A stretch of 33,360 nt of DNA, from IMG/VR virus record IMGVR_UViG_3300005764_003243, positions 1 through 33,360 of that record, one strand, 5' to 3'. The position numbers and the translations under genes were made by a program. Source of the DNA: a virus. Lineage: Duplodnaviria; Caudoviricetes. Of the stretch, positions 15,068 to 23,590 are shown piece after piece. The notes under the pieces were generated by a model, which was not told the DNA's origin, did not search any database, and was given only the letters and a program-made list of their open reading frames with translations. Numbering within the stretch: position 1 is the first letter of the stretch; the number at the start of each line of letters is the position of its first letter.

Positions 15068-16222
15068 ATGCTGTTCCGATTCGGGGCGGTCCTAATGGTG
15101 GCGCTCGGGGCGGTAGCGGCGGAGGGGGCGACGCTCCGCGGCGTGCTCGGCGACGCGCAAGAGGCAGTCGGTATCCGACCGGCGCCGGCGTTTGCGCATT
15201 TTGCCGCCCATCTTACCGGGGCGGCGGGCGCCGTGGTGTCGCCTATCGAGCCGACCTCGGCGGCCGCGGTTGCCTTGGGCGCGATTGACTCGAGCATGGC
15301 GCCCTTAGGGCCGATCTTTTTGGATCATGCGCGCACCCTCGGCGCCGGCGTGTGGAATGTAAACGCCGTCGCGATGCAGTCGTTAGGCGACGGCGTGCTT
15401 GACGGGCAAGGGCTCGGCGAGCTCGGCACCGGGGCGGGGCGTACCATTCTGAAACGCACGCCGACGGGGCACGGGCCGCCGCTCGAGGCAGTCGCCTTGC
15501 GGTACGACCTCGACTTGCGCTTGCGCGCCCTTGCGGTTGCCGTGTCGCGCGGCATTACCGACGACGTCGACGTAAGCGTGCTTCTCCCGATTGTCAGCTC
15601 GGCGCTCGACTGCACGGTTAGCGCCGGCGGCCGCTCGGGTGCCGTGCATACGGGCTCGGTCGGCGTCGGTGACCTCGACGTCCGGGTTAAGTATGCGCTT
15701 CCCTTACCGAGCCCGCTCTACGGGGCCGCCACCTTAGACGCCGTCTTTCCGACCGGCGACGAGGCGCAAGCCCACGGCACCGGCGACTATTGGGGCACGA
15801 CGGCGGCGGATTTCTCGGTAGGTAACCACCGGCTCGAGGCAAACGTGCACCTCGGCGCCGCGGTAGATCTATCCGACGCCCGCCAAAGTCATGCGGTCTA
15901 CGGTCTATCGGGCTCGGCGCTCGTGTGGCCGCGCCATCTTGCCGCCGTCGTGGAGTTTTTGGGCTCGAGCGCCTTTGTACCGTCGCGCTCGGTGCCCGAT
16001 ACGCAAACGCTTGTCTTGACGCATGGAAGCGTCGCAAGCGGGCCGCTCCTCGGGGTCGATTGGGTCGATCGCCTAGACCGCTTCAATTTGAGCTTCGGTA
16101 TTCGCGTGCCTGTTGGAGCGCATGCAATGCTCTTTGCTTCCGGCTTACTTCCCTTGAATCGTGGCAGCGGGCTCCGGCCCGCCGGGGTGACGCCGGCGGT
16201 CGGCGTCGGCGGCACATGGTAG
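15068..16222 (+). CDS. Outer-membrane beta-barrel protein (COG4313/transporter-like)
   Basis: Signal peptide [21 protein letters not shown]; [16 protein letters not shown]...GTG; alternating strands; C-terminal aromatic VGVGGTW. Confidence 0.7.
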   Translation: MLFRFGAVLMVALGAVAAEGATLRGVLGDAQEAVGIRPAPAFAHFAAHLTGAAGAVVSPIEPTSAAAVALGAIDSSMAPLGPIFLDHARTLGAGVWNVNAVAMQSLGDGVLDGQGLGELGTGAGRTILKRTPTGHGPPLEAVALRYDLDLRLRALAVAVSRGITDDVDVSVLLPIVSSALDCTVSAGGRSGAVHTGSVGVGDLDVRVKYALPLPSPLYGAATLDAVFPTGDEAQAHGTGDYWGTTAADFSVGNHRLEANVHLGAAVDLSDARQSHAVYGLSGSALVWPRHLAAVVEFLGSSAFVPSRSVPDTQTLVLTHGSVASGPLLGVDWVDRLDRFNLSFGIRVPVGAHAMLFASGLLPLNRGSGLRPAGVTPAVGVGGTW

Positions 16223-16740
16223 CGATGGCGGCGGCGCTCATGCTTGCGAGCGCGACGGCCCCTCGAGCCCTCGTGCCAACCAAGCGGGCGGCGTGTCGCA
16301 TTACGTGCGCCGGTGGCGTTGCCGGCCCGCCGGGGCCGCCCGGGCTCGACGGGCCGCCCGGGGCCGCTGGCTCGGCGGGGCCACCGGGAGCGCCGGGGCC
16401 GCTGGGGCCGCCGGGCCAGCTCGGCCCGCCGGGGCCGCCCGGGCCACCGGGGCCGGGAACGACCGTCATAACGGCGCGCACGGTCGAGCGCTCGGTACTC
16501 CGCCCCGGCGTTAATGAGCCCCTTACCGTCGAGTCGGAATGCGTGCCCGGCGAGCAAGTCATAGGCGGCGGCGTACGGGTAGCGGCAACCGACGCGGGCG
16601 ACGAGGCGCAGATGCATCTACAGGAAAGTGGCCCGACCGACGTCGGATGGCTCGGGCGTGCCGCGGCGACGAGCCGCTTTGCCCCGGGTAGCTCGCTCAC
16701 GGTTACGACGACGGTTTTTTGCCTCGAGGTGGCACCATGA
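16216..16740 (+). CDS. Secreted collagen-like protein
   Basis: Hydrophobic N-terminus, 16 consecutive Gly-X-Y triplets (many GPP), C-terminal [10 protein letters not shown]...VFC domain. Confidence 0.8.
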   Translation: MVAMAAALMLASATAPRALVPTKRAACRITCAGGVAGPPGPPGLDGPPGAAGSAGPPGAPGPLGPPGQLGPPGPPGPPGPGTTVITARTVERSVLRPGVNEPLTVESECVPGEQVIGGGVRVAATDAGDEAQMHLQESGPTDVGWLGRAAATSRFAPGSSLTVTTTVFCLEVAP

Positions 16741-16877
16741 CAGTCGGCGAGCTGCTCATGTACGGCGGCGCGCTCGTCGTCATTATCGGCGGCGGCGCCT
16801 TTCTGCACGCATGGTGGAAAGCGGGCCGCACCTTGCCGCCGATTGACCGGCCGAAAAATGGCGAGTGGCCGAAATGA
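16737..16877 (+). CDS. 46-aa single-TM protein, holin candidate (not in ORF track)
   Basis: [31 protein letters not shown]...; ATGA-coupled on both sides, directly before the endolysin. Confidence 0.6.
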   Translation: MTVGELLMYGGALVVIIGGGAFLHAWWKAGRTLPPIDRPKNGEWPK

Positions 16878-17458
16878 TTCAGCGCAAATATTTTTTCGAT
16901 AGCGTACGCGCGTCGCTCTTTAGCGGGCACATGACGCAAAGCCAGGTCGACGGTATGTCGGCAATGCTCGACTTCGCCGAGTCGGTCGGGTGCGATGATA
17001 GGCACCTCGCCTATATTCTCGGGACTACGTTTCACGAGACGGCGCAAACCATGCAACCGATAAGCGAATACGGGAAAGGCAAAGGCATGCCGTACGGCGT
17101 GCCCGACCCCGAGACGGGGCAAACGTATTACGGGCGCGGCTTTGTGCAGCTCACTTGGCGCGACAATTACGAGGCGCAAGATAAGAAGCTCGGGCTCGGG
17201 GGCGCGCTCGTCGCCGACGCCGATCTGGCGCTCGACCTCGGCATAGCGCTCAAGGTGATTTTCGGCGGCATGTACGACGGTGACTTTACCGGCGTCGGCT
17301 TGCCGAAATATATTACGTGCGTCGATACCGAAACCGATACGACCGATTACTACAACGCCCGCAAAATTGTGAATGGGCTCGATTGCGCGAGCATGATTCA
17401 GGGATACGCGCAGCTCTTTACGAACGCGATAACGCACGCCGCGACGACGGCGGCTTGA
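16874..17458 (+). CDS. Endolysin, GH19 (chitinase/lysozyme-like)
   Basis: [12 protein letters not shown]...[30 protein letters not shown]. Confidence 0.88.
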   Translation: MIQRKYFFDSVRASLFSGHMTQSQVDGMSAMLDFAESVGCDDRHLAYILGTTFHETAQTMQPISEYGKGKGMPYGVPDPETGQTYYGRGFVQLTWRDNYEAQDKKLGLGGALVADADLALDLGIALKVIFGGMYDGDFTGVGLPKYITCVDTETDTTDYYNARKIVNGLDCASMIQGYAQLFTNAITHAATTAA

Positions 17459-17473
17459 ACGGAGGGTTTCCGA

Positions 17474-17605
17474 ATGGCCCGCACCCCCGAGGAAGAGGAA
17501 ACCGAGCACCTCCCGCCCGACGACGAGGAGCACGACGAGGAGAAGAGCGCCGAGGAGCCCCCGCCGCCCGTGGGGCCGCCGGCCCCCGAGGAGCCGAAGC
17601 CATAG
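17474..17605 (+). CDS. 43-aa acidic Glu/Pro-rich peptide (not in ORF track)
   Basis: RBS GGAGGG; MARTPEEEETEHLPPDDEEHDEEK...; its TAG is directly followed in frame by the GTG of the next gene. Confidence 0.55.
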   Translation: MARTPEEEETEHLPPDDEEHDEEKSAEEPPPPVGPPAPEEPKP

Positions 17606-18487
17606 GTGGCGTTTCTCTCGAGTAGCTCGCTCGCCGAGCGCCCCGACCCGCGCACCAAGGCCGGGCAACCGTTGCCGGGCGTCACAGAATGGGATTGCCC
17701 GCGCAACGGCGTGCACGTCGTCGAGGTGCACTATACCGCCGACCCGGCGAAGCGCGACCCGCAATGGAAGCGCGAGGCGCAACGCGGCATGCCGCCGCGG
17801 GGATGGGCGCGCGAATTCGAGATTACGTGGGATCTGGGCGGCGGCGATCCCATGTTGCCCGAGTACGTGCCCGCCCTCATGCGCCGCGAGATTCGCACCA
17901 ATCAGTCGGGGCGGATTTTGCGAGGATGGGATTTCGGGCAAGTCTGCCCCGTCACCATCTTCGCGCAAGTCGACGCCTGGGGCCGGCTCCTCGTGCTCGG
18001 CGAGCTGGTGATGGAGCACGCCTCGCTGACGGCGCAGATCGAGGCGACCAAGGCGATGACGCTCGAGCTCATGGGCGCCGCGGGGCCGAGCTACGACGCC
18101 GGCGACCCCGAGGCGCTGCACGAGATGGAGCTAGGCTCCATCCGGCGCGAGCTCTTGAAGGCGGGCATCGTCTTGCAGACCTTCGGCACGATGAGCGGCA
18201 CGGCGCGGAGCTATGACCAGCTCCGCCAACGCATGCTGCGGCGGGTGATGGTGCCCGGCGAGCCCGAGCCCTCGCCCGCGTTTCTCGTATCGCCTCGGTG
18301 CCCCATCCTGCATAGTGCGCTCGCCGGTGGCTTTGCGCGGCACCCGAAAACGGGCAAGCCGATGCCGACCCATCCGTACAAAGACGTCGTCGACGCGCTT
18401 AGGTACTTAAACGAAAACCTCATGGGCGCCACCTCGGATTGGATGGCGAAAATGCAGGCAATCGCCAAGGCCGACTTGGCTTGGTAG
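17606..18487 (+). CDS. terL: Terminase large subunit, C-terminal RNase H-like nuclease domain as a stand-alone gene
   Basis: VHYTADP, WAREFEITW, ILRGWDFG...IFAQ...LGE, GDP, KDVVDALRYL; immediately upstream of the portal; no Walker motifs. Confidence 0.85.
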   Translation: MAFLSSSSLAERPDPRTKAGQPLPGVTEWDCPRNGVHVVEVHYTADPAKRDPQWKREAQRGMPPRGWAREFEITWDLGGGDPMLPEYVPALMRREIRTNQSGRILRGWDFGQVCPVTIFAQVDAWGRLLVLGELVMEHASLTAQIEATKAMTLELMGAAGPSYDAGDPEALHEMELGSIRRELLKAGIVLQTFGTMSGTARSYDQLRQRMLRRVMVPGEPEPSPAFLVSPRCPILHSALAGGFARHPKTGKPMPTHPYKDVVDALRYLNENLMGATSDWMAKMQAIAKADLAW

Positions 18488-18523
18488 GCACGCCGCCGGT
18501 TTTGTGTTAGGCGGCCCCGTCCG

Positions 18524-21067
18524 ATGGCGCGTAAGGCTCGGGCCGCCGCGGATAAAGCCGACGTCACGCCGCTCTCGCCCGCTCGAGGCGCGCCGGCGGA
18601 AAACTTAGCCCTCGACCCCGAGATAGCTGCTCGGGTCAAGGATGAGCTGTGCCCGCTTATCCGCTCGACCCGCAATGAGCGGCAAGTGTTACGCGACCGG
18701 TGGCTACGCTATTACCGGATTTGGGGCTTGCGGCACGATATCCAAGGTTACAAGGGTCGCACAAATACGTATTTTCCAATCGGGCGCCGGTGGATAGAGC
18801 AATGGGTAACCCGGATTAAGCGCGATCTATTCCCCGATAATGATTGGTTTGCGTGCCGCGCCTTGCGCGAAGAGTTTGAGGCACGGGTGCCCGCTAAGGT
18901 CGCGCTCCAAAAGTATTGGATGCGCCGCTATATGCGGCTTAGGCGCCATGCGTTGCCGTTCCTAAGACAGCTCGTGATGTACGGTACCTCGCCAGTGCGC
19001 AACGTTTGGCGTTGCCTCGAGCACGAGCAACCGGCGCTGCAAGACGTGCTCGACGACTTGGGCGAGCCCTCGGGTAAGACGGTCGAGCGCATAGAGAAAG
19101 TCGCCGATTTCCTCGGCCCGACATTCGAGCCGGTCGACCTCTTCGCGTTCTATGTCTGGCCCGTAACCGCCGACGGGCTCGAGTCGGCAACGCTCGTTTT
19201 CGAGGATCGGTGCGTTGCTCGCGCGCACGTCGAGGCGCTCGCCGCAAAGCCGCTCGACCCGGATAACCCGAAAGCCGGCAACGTCTACGAGTTTGTGCCC
19301 GAGCTGCTCGAGCTATACGCCTCGGCGATTTCGTCGCGTGGCTCCTCGAGTAGCGGCGCCAAATTCGACGCGCTCGCCTTGCGCCTCGCCGACAAGGGCT
19401 TTACCGCCCCGCTCGACCAAAACCTACCGACGGCGCTCCGCCCGCTCGACTTGACCGAGTGTAGTTGGATGGTCGACCTCGAGGGCGACGGCGTGCAACG
19501 CTATCTCGTAACCCTCGGCGCCGATACCATACCGCTCCGGGTGCAGCGCCGCCCATTTTGGTTTTCGGGCACGCAATGGCTTGCCGGGCGCTTTGTCGAG
19601 GTGCCCGAGGAGTTTTACGGGCGCGGCTTGCCCGAGCTGTTTGATTACCTGCAATATTTCGTAAACGACCTCGGCAACCAATCGGGCGACGCATTCGTTT
19701 GGTCGACCAATCCTATAGCCGTTGTCGATATCGGCGCCGTGCAAGACCCGACGTCGCTACGCATGACGCCGGGCGCAAAGTGGCTAGCCAATCCCGCCGG
19801 CGTGCAGTTTACGACGCCGCCGCAAGGCGCCGCGCAAGCCGGCTTTGACGCGGTGACCGGCTTTCTCGGCATGGCGGATAACTTGGTGGCGCCGACGCCG
19901 GCGCGCCCCATGGTGCCCGGGCAGCAGTCGGGGCCGCAAGATTCGGCGGGCTTGGCGGCGCAGCTCGCCGATAGCGCCGTCGACCTCCGCGCGATTGTCG
20001 AAAACCTCGAGGATGAGGTTATGGTGCCGCTCCTCGAGCGCTCCGACATTCTTTCGCAGCAATGCCTAGACCGAGACATAATTCTTAAGGTCGCCGGGCA
20101 AAACGGCGTCGAGCTGCTCGAGCACCCGATTACCGTTGCCGACTTGGTCGGTGAGTATGAATGGGAATGGCTCGGCACGACGTCGGCGCTTAACCAGCAA
20201 GTACGGGCGCAACAGATGGTGCAAGGGATTGCGCTCCTCGTGCAGCTACCGCCCGACCAAATCGCCGCCGAGGGCTTGGTAGTCGATTGGCGCTATATCG
20301 TCGAGCAATATTGGAGCCTCGGGCTCGGGCTTCCGAATCCCGACCGAGTGTTTAAAAACGCCGGCCCCAAAGAGGCGCAAGATTGGCGCTACGAGAACGC
20401 GCTTGCCCGCGTCAATCGCGCCGACGAGCTACAGGTATCGCCCGCCGATGACCACTTGGCCCATGTGCAGGGGCACCAAAGCGCGCTCGAGCATGGCGTG
20501 CTTACCGACGACGCGCACGCCGCGATGACCAAGCATGTGCAAGATCATATTAGCTTTGCCGTCGCCGCCGAGGTGCAACGGTTGCAAGCGGCAATGGCGG
20601 CCGCCGCCGGCCCCCCCGGCGGCCCTCCCGGGCTCGGCCCTCCGCCGCCCGGTGGCATGCCTCCGCCGCCGGGCGCTCCGGGGCCGCTCGGGCCGCCGCC
20701 GATGGGCGGGCCGCCGCCCGGGCCGATGGGGCCGCCCCCGGGGCCGCCGGTCGGGCCGCCCATTATGCCGGTGCCCGGCGGCGGCCCGATACCGCCGGCG
20801 CCCGTGATTCCTAAGCCACCGGCGGCGATTGTGCCCCCGGCGCCGCTCGGCGGCGGCTACGTGCCCGGCGTCGCTCGCCGCGGCGTGAACGAGCTGGCCC
20901 GCCAAGTCGGCGGCCGCCCCAAACTCCCGAAACCGCATAGCGACGCCCGGGATAGGGCGAAAGCGCTAATGGGTATCCGGCAACCGTCGCCGCTCGGCCC
21001 CGGGCGTATCGGGTCGACGCGCAACATTTCCGACCTATTCCGCCGCTTGCCGCGGCTTCCGAGGTAG
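18524..21067 (+). CDS. Portal protein with long Pro/Gly-rich C-terminal extension
   Basis: Position after the terminase; LVMYGTS, EEFYGRGLPE, TPGAKW, DDHLAHVQGH motifs of podovirus-type portals. Confidence 0.85.
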   Translation: MARKARAAADKADVTPLSPARGAPAENLALDPEIAARVKDELCPLIRSTRNERQVLRDRWLRYYRIWGLRHDIQGYKGRTNTYFPIGRRWIEQWVTRIKRDLFPDNDWFACRALREEFEARVPAKVALQKYWMRRYMRLRRHALPFLRQLVMYGTSPVRNVWRCLEHEQPALQDVLDDLGEPSGKTVERIEKVADFLGPTFEPVDLFAFYVWPVTADGLESATLVFEDRCVARAHVEALAAKPLDPDNPKAGNVYEFVPELLELYASAISSRGSSSSGAKFDALALRLADKGFTAPLDQNLPTALRPLDLTECSWMVDLEGDGVQRYLVTLGADTIPLRVQRRPFWFSGTQWLAGRFVEVPEEFYGRGLPELFDYLQYFVNDLGNQSGDAFVWSTNPIAVVDIGAVQDPTSLRMTPGAKWLANPAGVQFTTPPQGAAQAGFDAVTGFLGMADNLVAPTPARPMVPGQQSGPQDSAGLAAQLADSAVDLRAIVENLEDEVMVPLLERSDILSQQCLDRDIILKVAGQNGVELLEHPITVADLVGEYEWEWLGTTSALNQQVRAQQMVQGIALLVQLPPDQIAAEGLVVDWRYIVEQYWSLGLGLPNPDRVFKNAGPKEAQDWRYENALARVNRADELQVSPADDHLAHVQGHQSALEHGVLTDDAHAAMTKHVQDHISFAVAAEVQRLQAAMAAAAGPPGGPPGLGPPPPGGMPPPPGAPGPLGPPPMGGPPPGPMGPPPGPPVGPPIMPVPGGGPIPPAPVIPKPPAAIVPPAPLGGGYVPGVARRGVNELARQVGGRPKLPKPHSDARDRAKALMGIRQPSPLGPGRIGSTRNISDLFRRLPRLPR

Positions 21068-21069
21068 CC

Positions 21070-21621
21070 ATGGCGAATTGGATTCAGGGCGCAATCAAAC
21101 GCCCGGGCGCGTTTAAGGCGAAAGCGAAAGCCGCGGGCAAGTCGACCGGGGCGTACGCCTCGCAGGTCTTGAAAGAGGGCAGCACGGCGTCGACCCGTAC
21201 CAAGCGGCAAGCGGCGCTCGCGAAAACGCTCTCGAAGATCCGGAGCGGCAAGGCGAAGTTTCTCCTGCCGCTCGTGCTCGCCGCCGGCGTCGCGCATGCG
21301 GCGACCAAGCCATGCCCGAGCGGCGCCTTTTCCGCCGCGGCGTTGACGGCAACCGGCCCGACCACCGACGTCGTGCTCGCCCGTGGCGCCCCGGCGCTCG
21401 TCGTGCAGACCATCCGCACCGCGGGCACGGCAACCGTCGCGCTCGAGATATCGTGCGACTCGACGAATTGGGCAGCCGTTACGGGCGGCACCATGACGGT
21501 CGACGGCACGACGACGTCACAAGCCGTGTCGCTTTCCAATCCGGCGTGTACCTACCGGGCGAACGTGACGGCGTGCGCCTCGTGCAGCGTCACGGTCTTG
21601 TATGCGTGCGCTGGCCCGTAG
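21070..21621 (+). CDS. Basic NWI.GAIK.PGA domain fused to a hydrophobic linker and a beta-rich domain
   Basis: Lys-rich first ~60 aa, then KFLLPLVLAAGVAHAA, then a Thr/Ala/Cys-rich domain. Confidence 0.65.
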   Translation: MANWIQGAIKRPGAFKAKAKAAGKSTGAYASQVLKEGSTASTRTKRQAALAKTLSKIRSGKAKFLLPLVLAAGVAHAATKPCPSGAFSAAALTATGPTTDVVLARGAPALVVQTIRTAGTATVALEISCDSTNWAAVTGGTMTVDGTTTSQAVSLSNPACTYRANVTACASCSVTVLYACAGP

Positions 21622-22477
21622 CGCCGCCGCCGCGGTGTTTGTCTTCGCGCTCGAGCTTGGCGCCCTCGGCCAGACTCGCTTGGCGTGTGGCCCCGCCGTC
21701 GCGACATGCGGCCCGGCGATTGTTGAAGTGGGGGCGAGCACCGCGGGGTCGTCATGGGTTTCGAGCATGCTGGCTGTCTGGTTTCTCGACGAGGTATCGG
21801 GAACGCGCGTCAACGCTCAGGGCACCACCTCACGCGATCTTACCAACGTCACCGGTACCGATCCCACCTCGTCGACCGACGCCAAGCAGGGGCCGCGCTC
21901 GGCCGTCTTTGCAGGGAATCAGGCGCGGTGGACGAATGACACATTTCCCGCCCTCGTGTCGCCGATCACGGCCGGGTGTTGGGTAAAGGGTGCACTCACG
22001 GGTAACAACTCTTTTATGATGCATGATTACCAAACCGCCGCCGGGAGCTTCAAGCTCATGCGGAATATCAACGGCTACGAATTCGACGTGTACGACGCGA
22101 GCGCCACGTTGCATTGGTGTGGCGGCATTGCGGCCGGGAATACGTGGGCGCATGTCGTCGGTACGGTTGTCTCGGGCGATACGGTGAAGACGTATATCAA
22201 TGGGCTGCAGGGCTGTACGACGCCCATGGGCACGTCGGCGGCGCGGAATCAGGTACTCTATCTCGGTGAAAACAATATATGGAGCGGCCAGCTTGACGAG
22301 TGTTTTGTGACCGATCAGCTCCTGAGTCCCGCGGCGATTTGCCGCCTCTGCTCATGCGGTATGGATGGCGCCCTCTGTATGTGTGCGGGTGCCAGCTTTG
22401 TCACCAAGGGACGCAACGCGAGCGAGTGTAATAGCTGTGCCCTCCCGGCGAATTGCTCGGCGGCGACGCCGCCGTAA
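21602..22477 (+). CDS. LamG/concanavalin-like domain protein with signal-like N-terminus and Cys-rich tail
   Basis: ITAGCWVK, NTWAHVVGT...KTYING, WSGQLDE...LLSPAAI. Confidence 0.78.
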   Translation: MRALARSAAAAVFVFALELGALGQTRLACGPAVATCGPAIVEVGASTAGSSWVSSMLAVWFLDEVSGTRVNAQGTTSRDLTNVTGTDPTSSTDAKQGPRSAVFAGNQARWTNDTFPALVSPITAGCWVKGALTGNNSFMMHDYQTAAGSFKLMRNINGYEFDVYDASATLHWCGGIAAGNTWAHVVGTVVSGDTVKTYINGLQGCTTPMGTSAARNQVLYLGENNIWSGQLDECFVTDQLLSPAAICRLCSCGMDGALCMCAGASFVTKGRNASECNSCALPANCSAATPP

Positions 22478-22491
22478 AGAGGGGATATGCC

Positions 22492-22629
22492 ATGAGCCCG
22501 GGTCGCATTTTCGACGTCGTCGCAATCGTGTGCTTCGCTATCTCGACGGTACCATGGCCCCCGCAGCCGCCCGTCAATCTCACAAGCCTGGGCTTGGTCT
22601 TTTTCACCCTCGGGCATTTGTTCCCATAA
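22492..22629 (+). CDS. 45-aa two-helix membrane protein (not in ORF track)
   Basis: MSPGRIFDVVAIVCFAISTVPWPPQPPVNLTSLGLVFFTLGHLFP; RBS AGAGGGG. Confidence 0.65.
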   Translation: MSPGRIFDVVAIVCFAISTVPWPPQPPVNLTSLGLVFFTLGHLFP

Positions 22630-22634
22630 CCGGC

Positions 22635-22665
22635 GGGCTTGACTCGCGCTATTGGTGGGCTAAGG
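22635..22665 (+). promoter_or_regulatory. Repeated promoter-like element, copy 2
   Basis: GGGCTTGACTCGCGCTATTGGTGGGCTAAGG; intergenic, ahead of the scaffold/capsid block. Confidence 0.6.
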
Positions 22666-22677
22666 CGTTCCGGCCCG

Positions 22678-23043
22678 ATGGCACGCAAGCAGCTCGTGCC
22701 GCCGGGTTTGAAGCGCGGCGGCCGCGGAAAAGCCCCCCCGGTGCCGCCCGCCGCAAACGGCAAGAGTAACGGCAAGGCGCCGCTTGTCGCCGCCAAGGGC
22801 CGCGGCGCTGCAAAGGGCGCCCCGCTCCCGTCGCCCCCGCCGCGCAAGCGTACCGCGCCGGCCATGCCGCTCCCGACGGGGAACCCGACGCCCGTCATGC
22901 GCGCCCCGGCGGTTGCCGTGCATATCATGCCGCCCGGGCTCGACGAGGCGATGGCCGGGCCGGCGCTTTCCGCGGGCGTCGGCGGCAATCCCGCTCGGCG
23001 TGCCGCGGCCCGTGCGATGCGTGGGGGCCGCGTCGCGTTTTAG
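22678..23043 (+). CDS. Basic Pro/Ala/Lys-rich low-complexity protein
   Basis: ATG at 22678 (MARKQLVPPG...); tight spacing to the next gene. Confidence 0.55.
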   Translation: MARKQLVPPGLKRGGRGKAPPVPPAANGKSNGKAPLVAAKGRGAAKGAPLPSPPPRKRTAPAMPLPTGNPTPVMRAPAVAVHIMPPGLDEAMAGPALSAGVGGNPARRAAARAMRGGRVAF

Positions 23044-23045
23044 CC

Positions 23046-23240
23046 ATGAAAAAGCCCACGCATGACACGGTTTACTATCACAAAGGCGGCAAGTGGCATC
23101 CGACGCTTATCGGGCCGCACGAGGTCAAGAGCACGCTTCAGGCGTTGCACCGCGCCGGGTATCACGCCGTACCCGGGCGCCGCAGTATCGGGCCACCGGA
23201 AGGGCCGCCGAGGATGGGCGGCGGTAAGCGGCGCCGGTAA
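23046..23240 (+). CDS. Small basic His-rich protein
   Basis: TAATG-coupled to the next gene. Confidence 0.55.
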   Translation: MKKPTHDTVYYHKGGKWHPTLIGPHEVKSTLQALHRAGYHAVPGRRSIGPPEGPPRMGGGKRRR

Positions 23241-23590
23241 TGACTGACCCCGAGCTAATCCCTATCGACGAGGCGGAGCTAAAGGCGTTGACGTCGGCAT
23301 TGCGCGCGACGTCGTACGCCGAGCACCTCGAGCGCTACGTGCGCGAGCGCGTCGCCTATCTCCTCGACGATAGCGTTACCGACCCATACGTAGCCATGAA
23401 ACGCCGCGGGCAAGTCGAGGAGCTATCGCACCTCTTGCGCCCGGCATTCGTTCAAACCCTAGCGCTCCTCGGGCTCCGCGCTCGAGCCGAGCGCGACGCC
23501 GCTAGCTTGCGCGCCGGTGCCGAGCCCGCCCCGCCTCGGGATTGGTGGATAGATCCGCCCGACGTCGCAAGCGAGCATCCGGTGCCCTAA
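23240..23590 (+). CDS. Hypothetical head-module protein
   Basis: Helical; coupled to the scaffold gene. Confidence 0.6.
   Translation: MTDPELIPIDEAELKALTSALRATSYAEHLERYVRERVAYLLDDSVTDPYVAMKRRGQVEELSHLLRPAFVQTLALLGLRARAERDAASLRAGAEPAPPRDWWIDPPDVASEHPVP

Noticed and set aside
7064-17700. Split intein or intron joining the terminase halves
   Set aside because: No Hint-domain motifs at the end of the ATPase ORF, no His-Asn-Cys/Ser junction in the nuclease ORF, and both genes abut ordinary neighbours
16703-18121. 472-aa minus-strand ORF and similar long antisense ORFs
   Set aside because: Arg/Ala/Gly-rich shadow frames opposite well-supported genes, expected at this GC content
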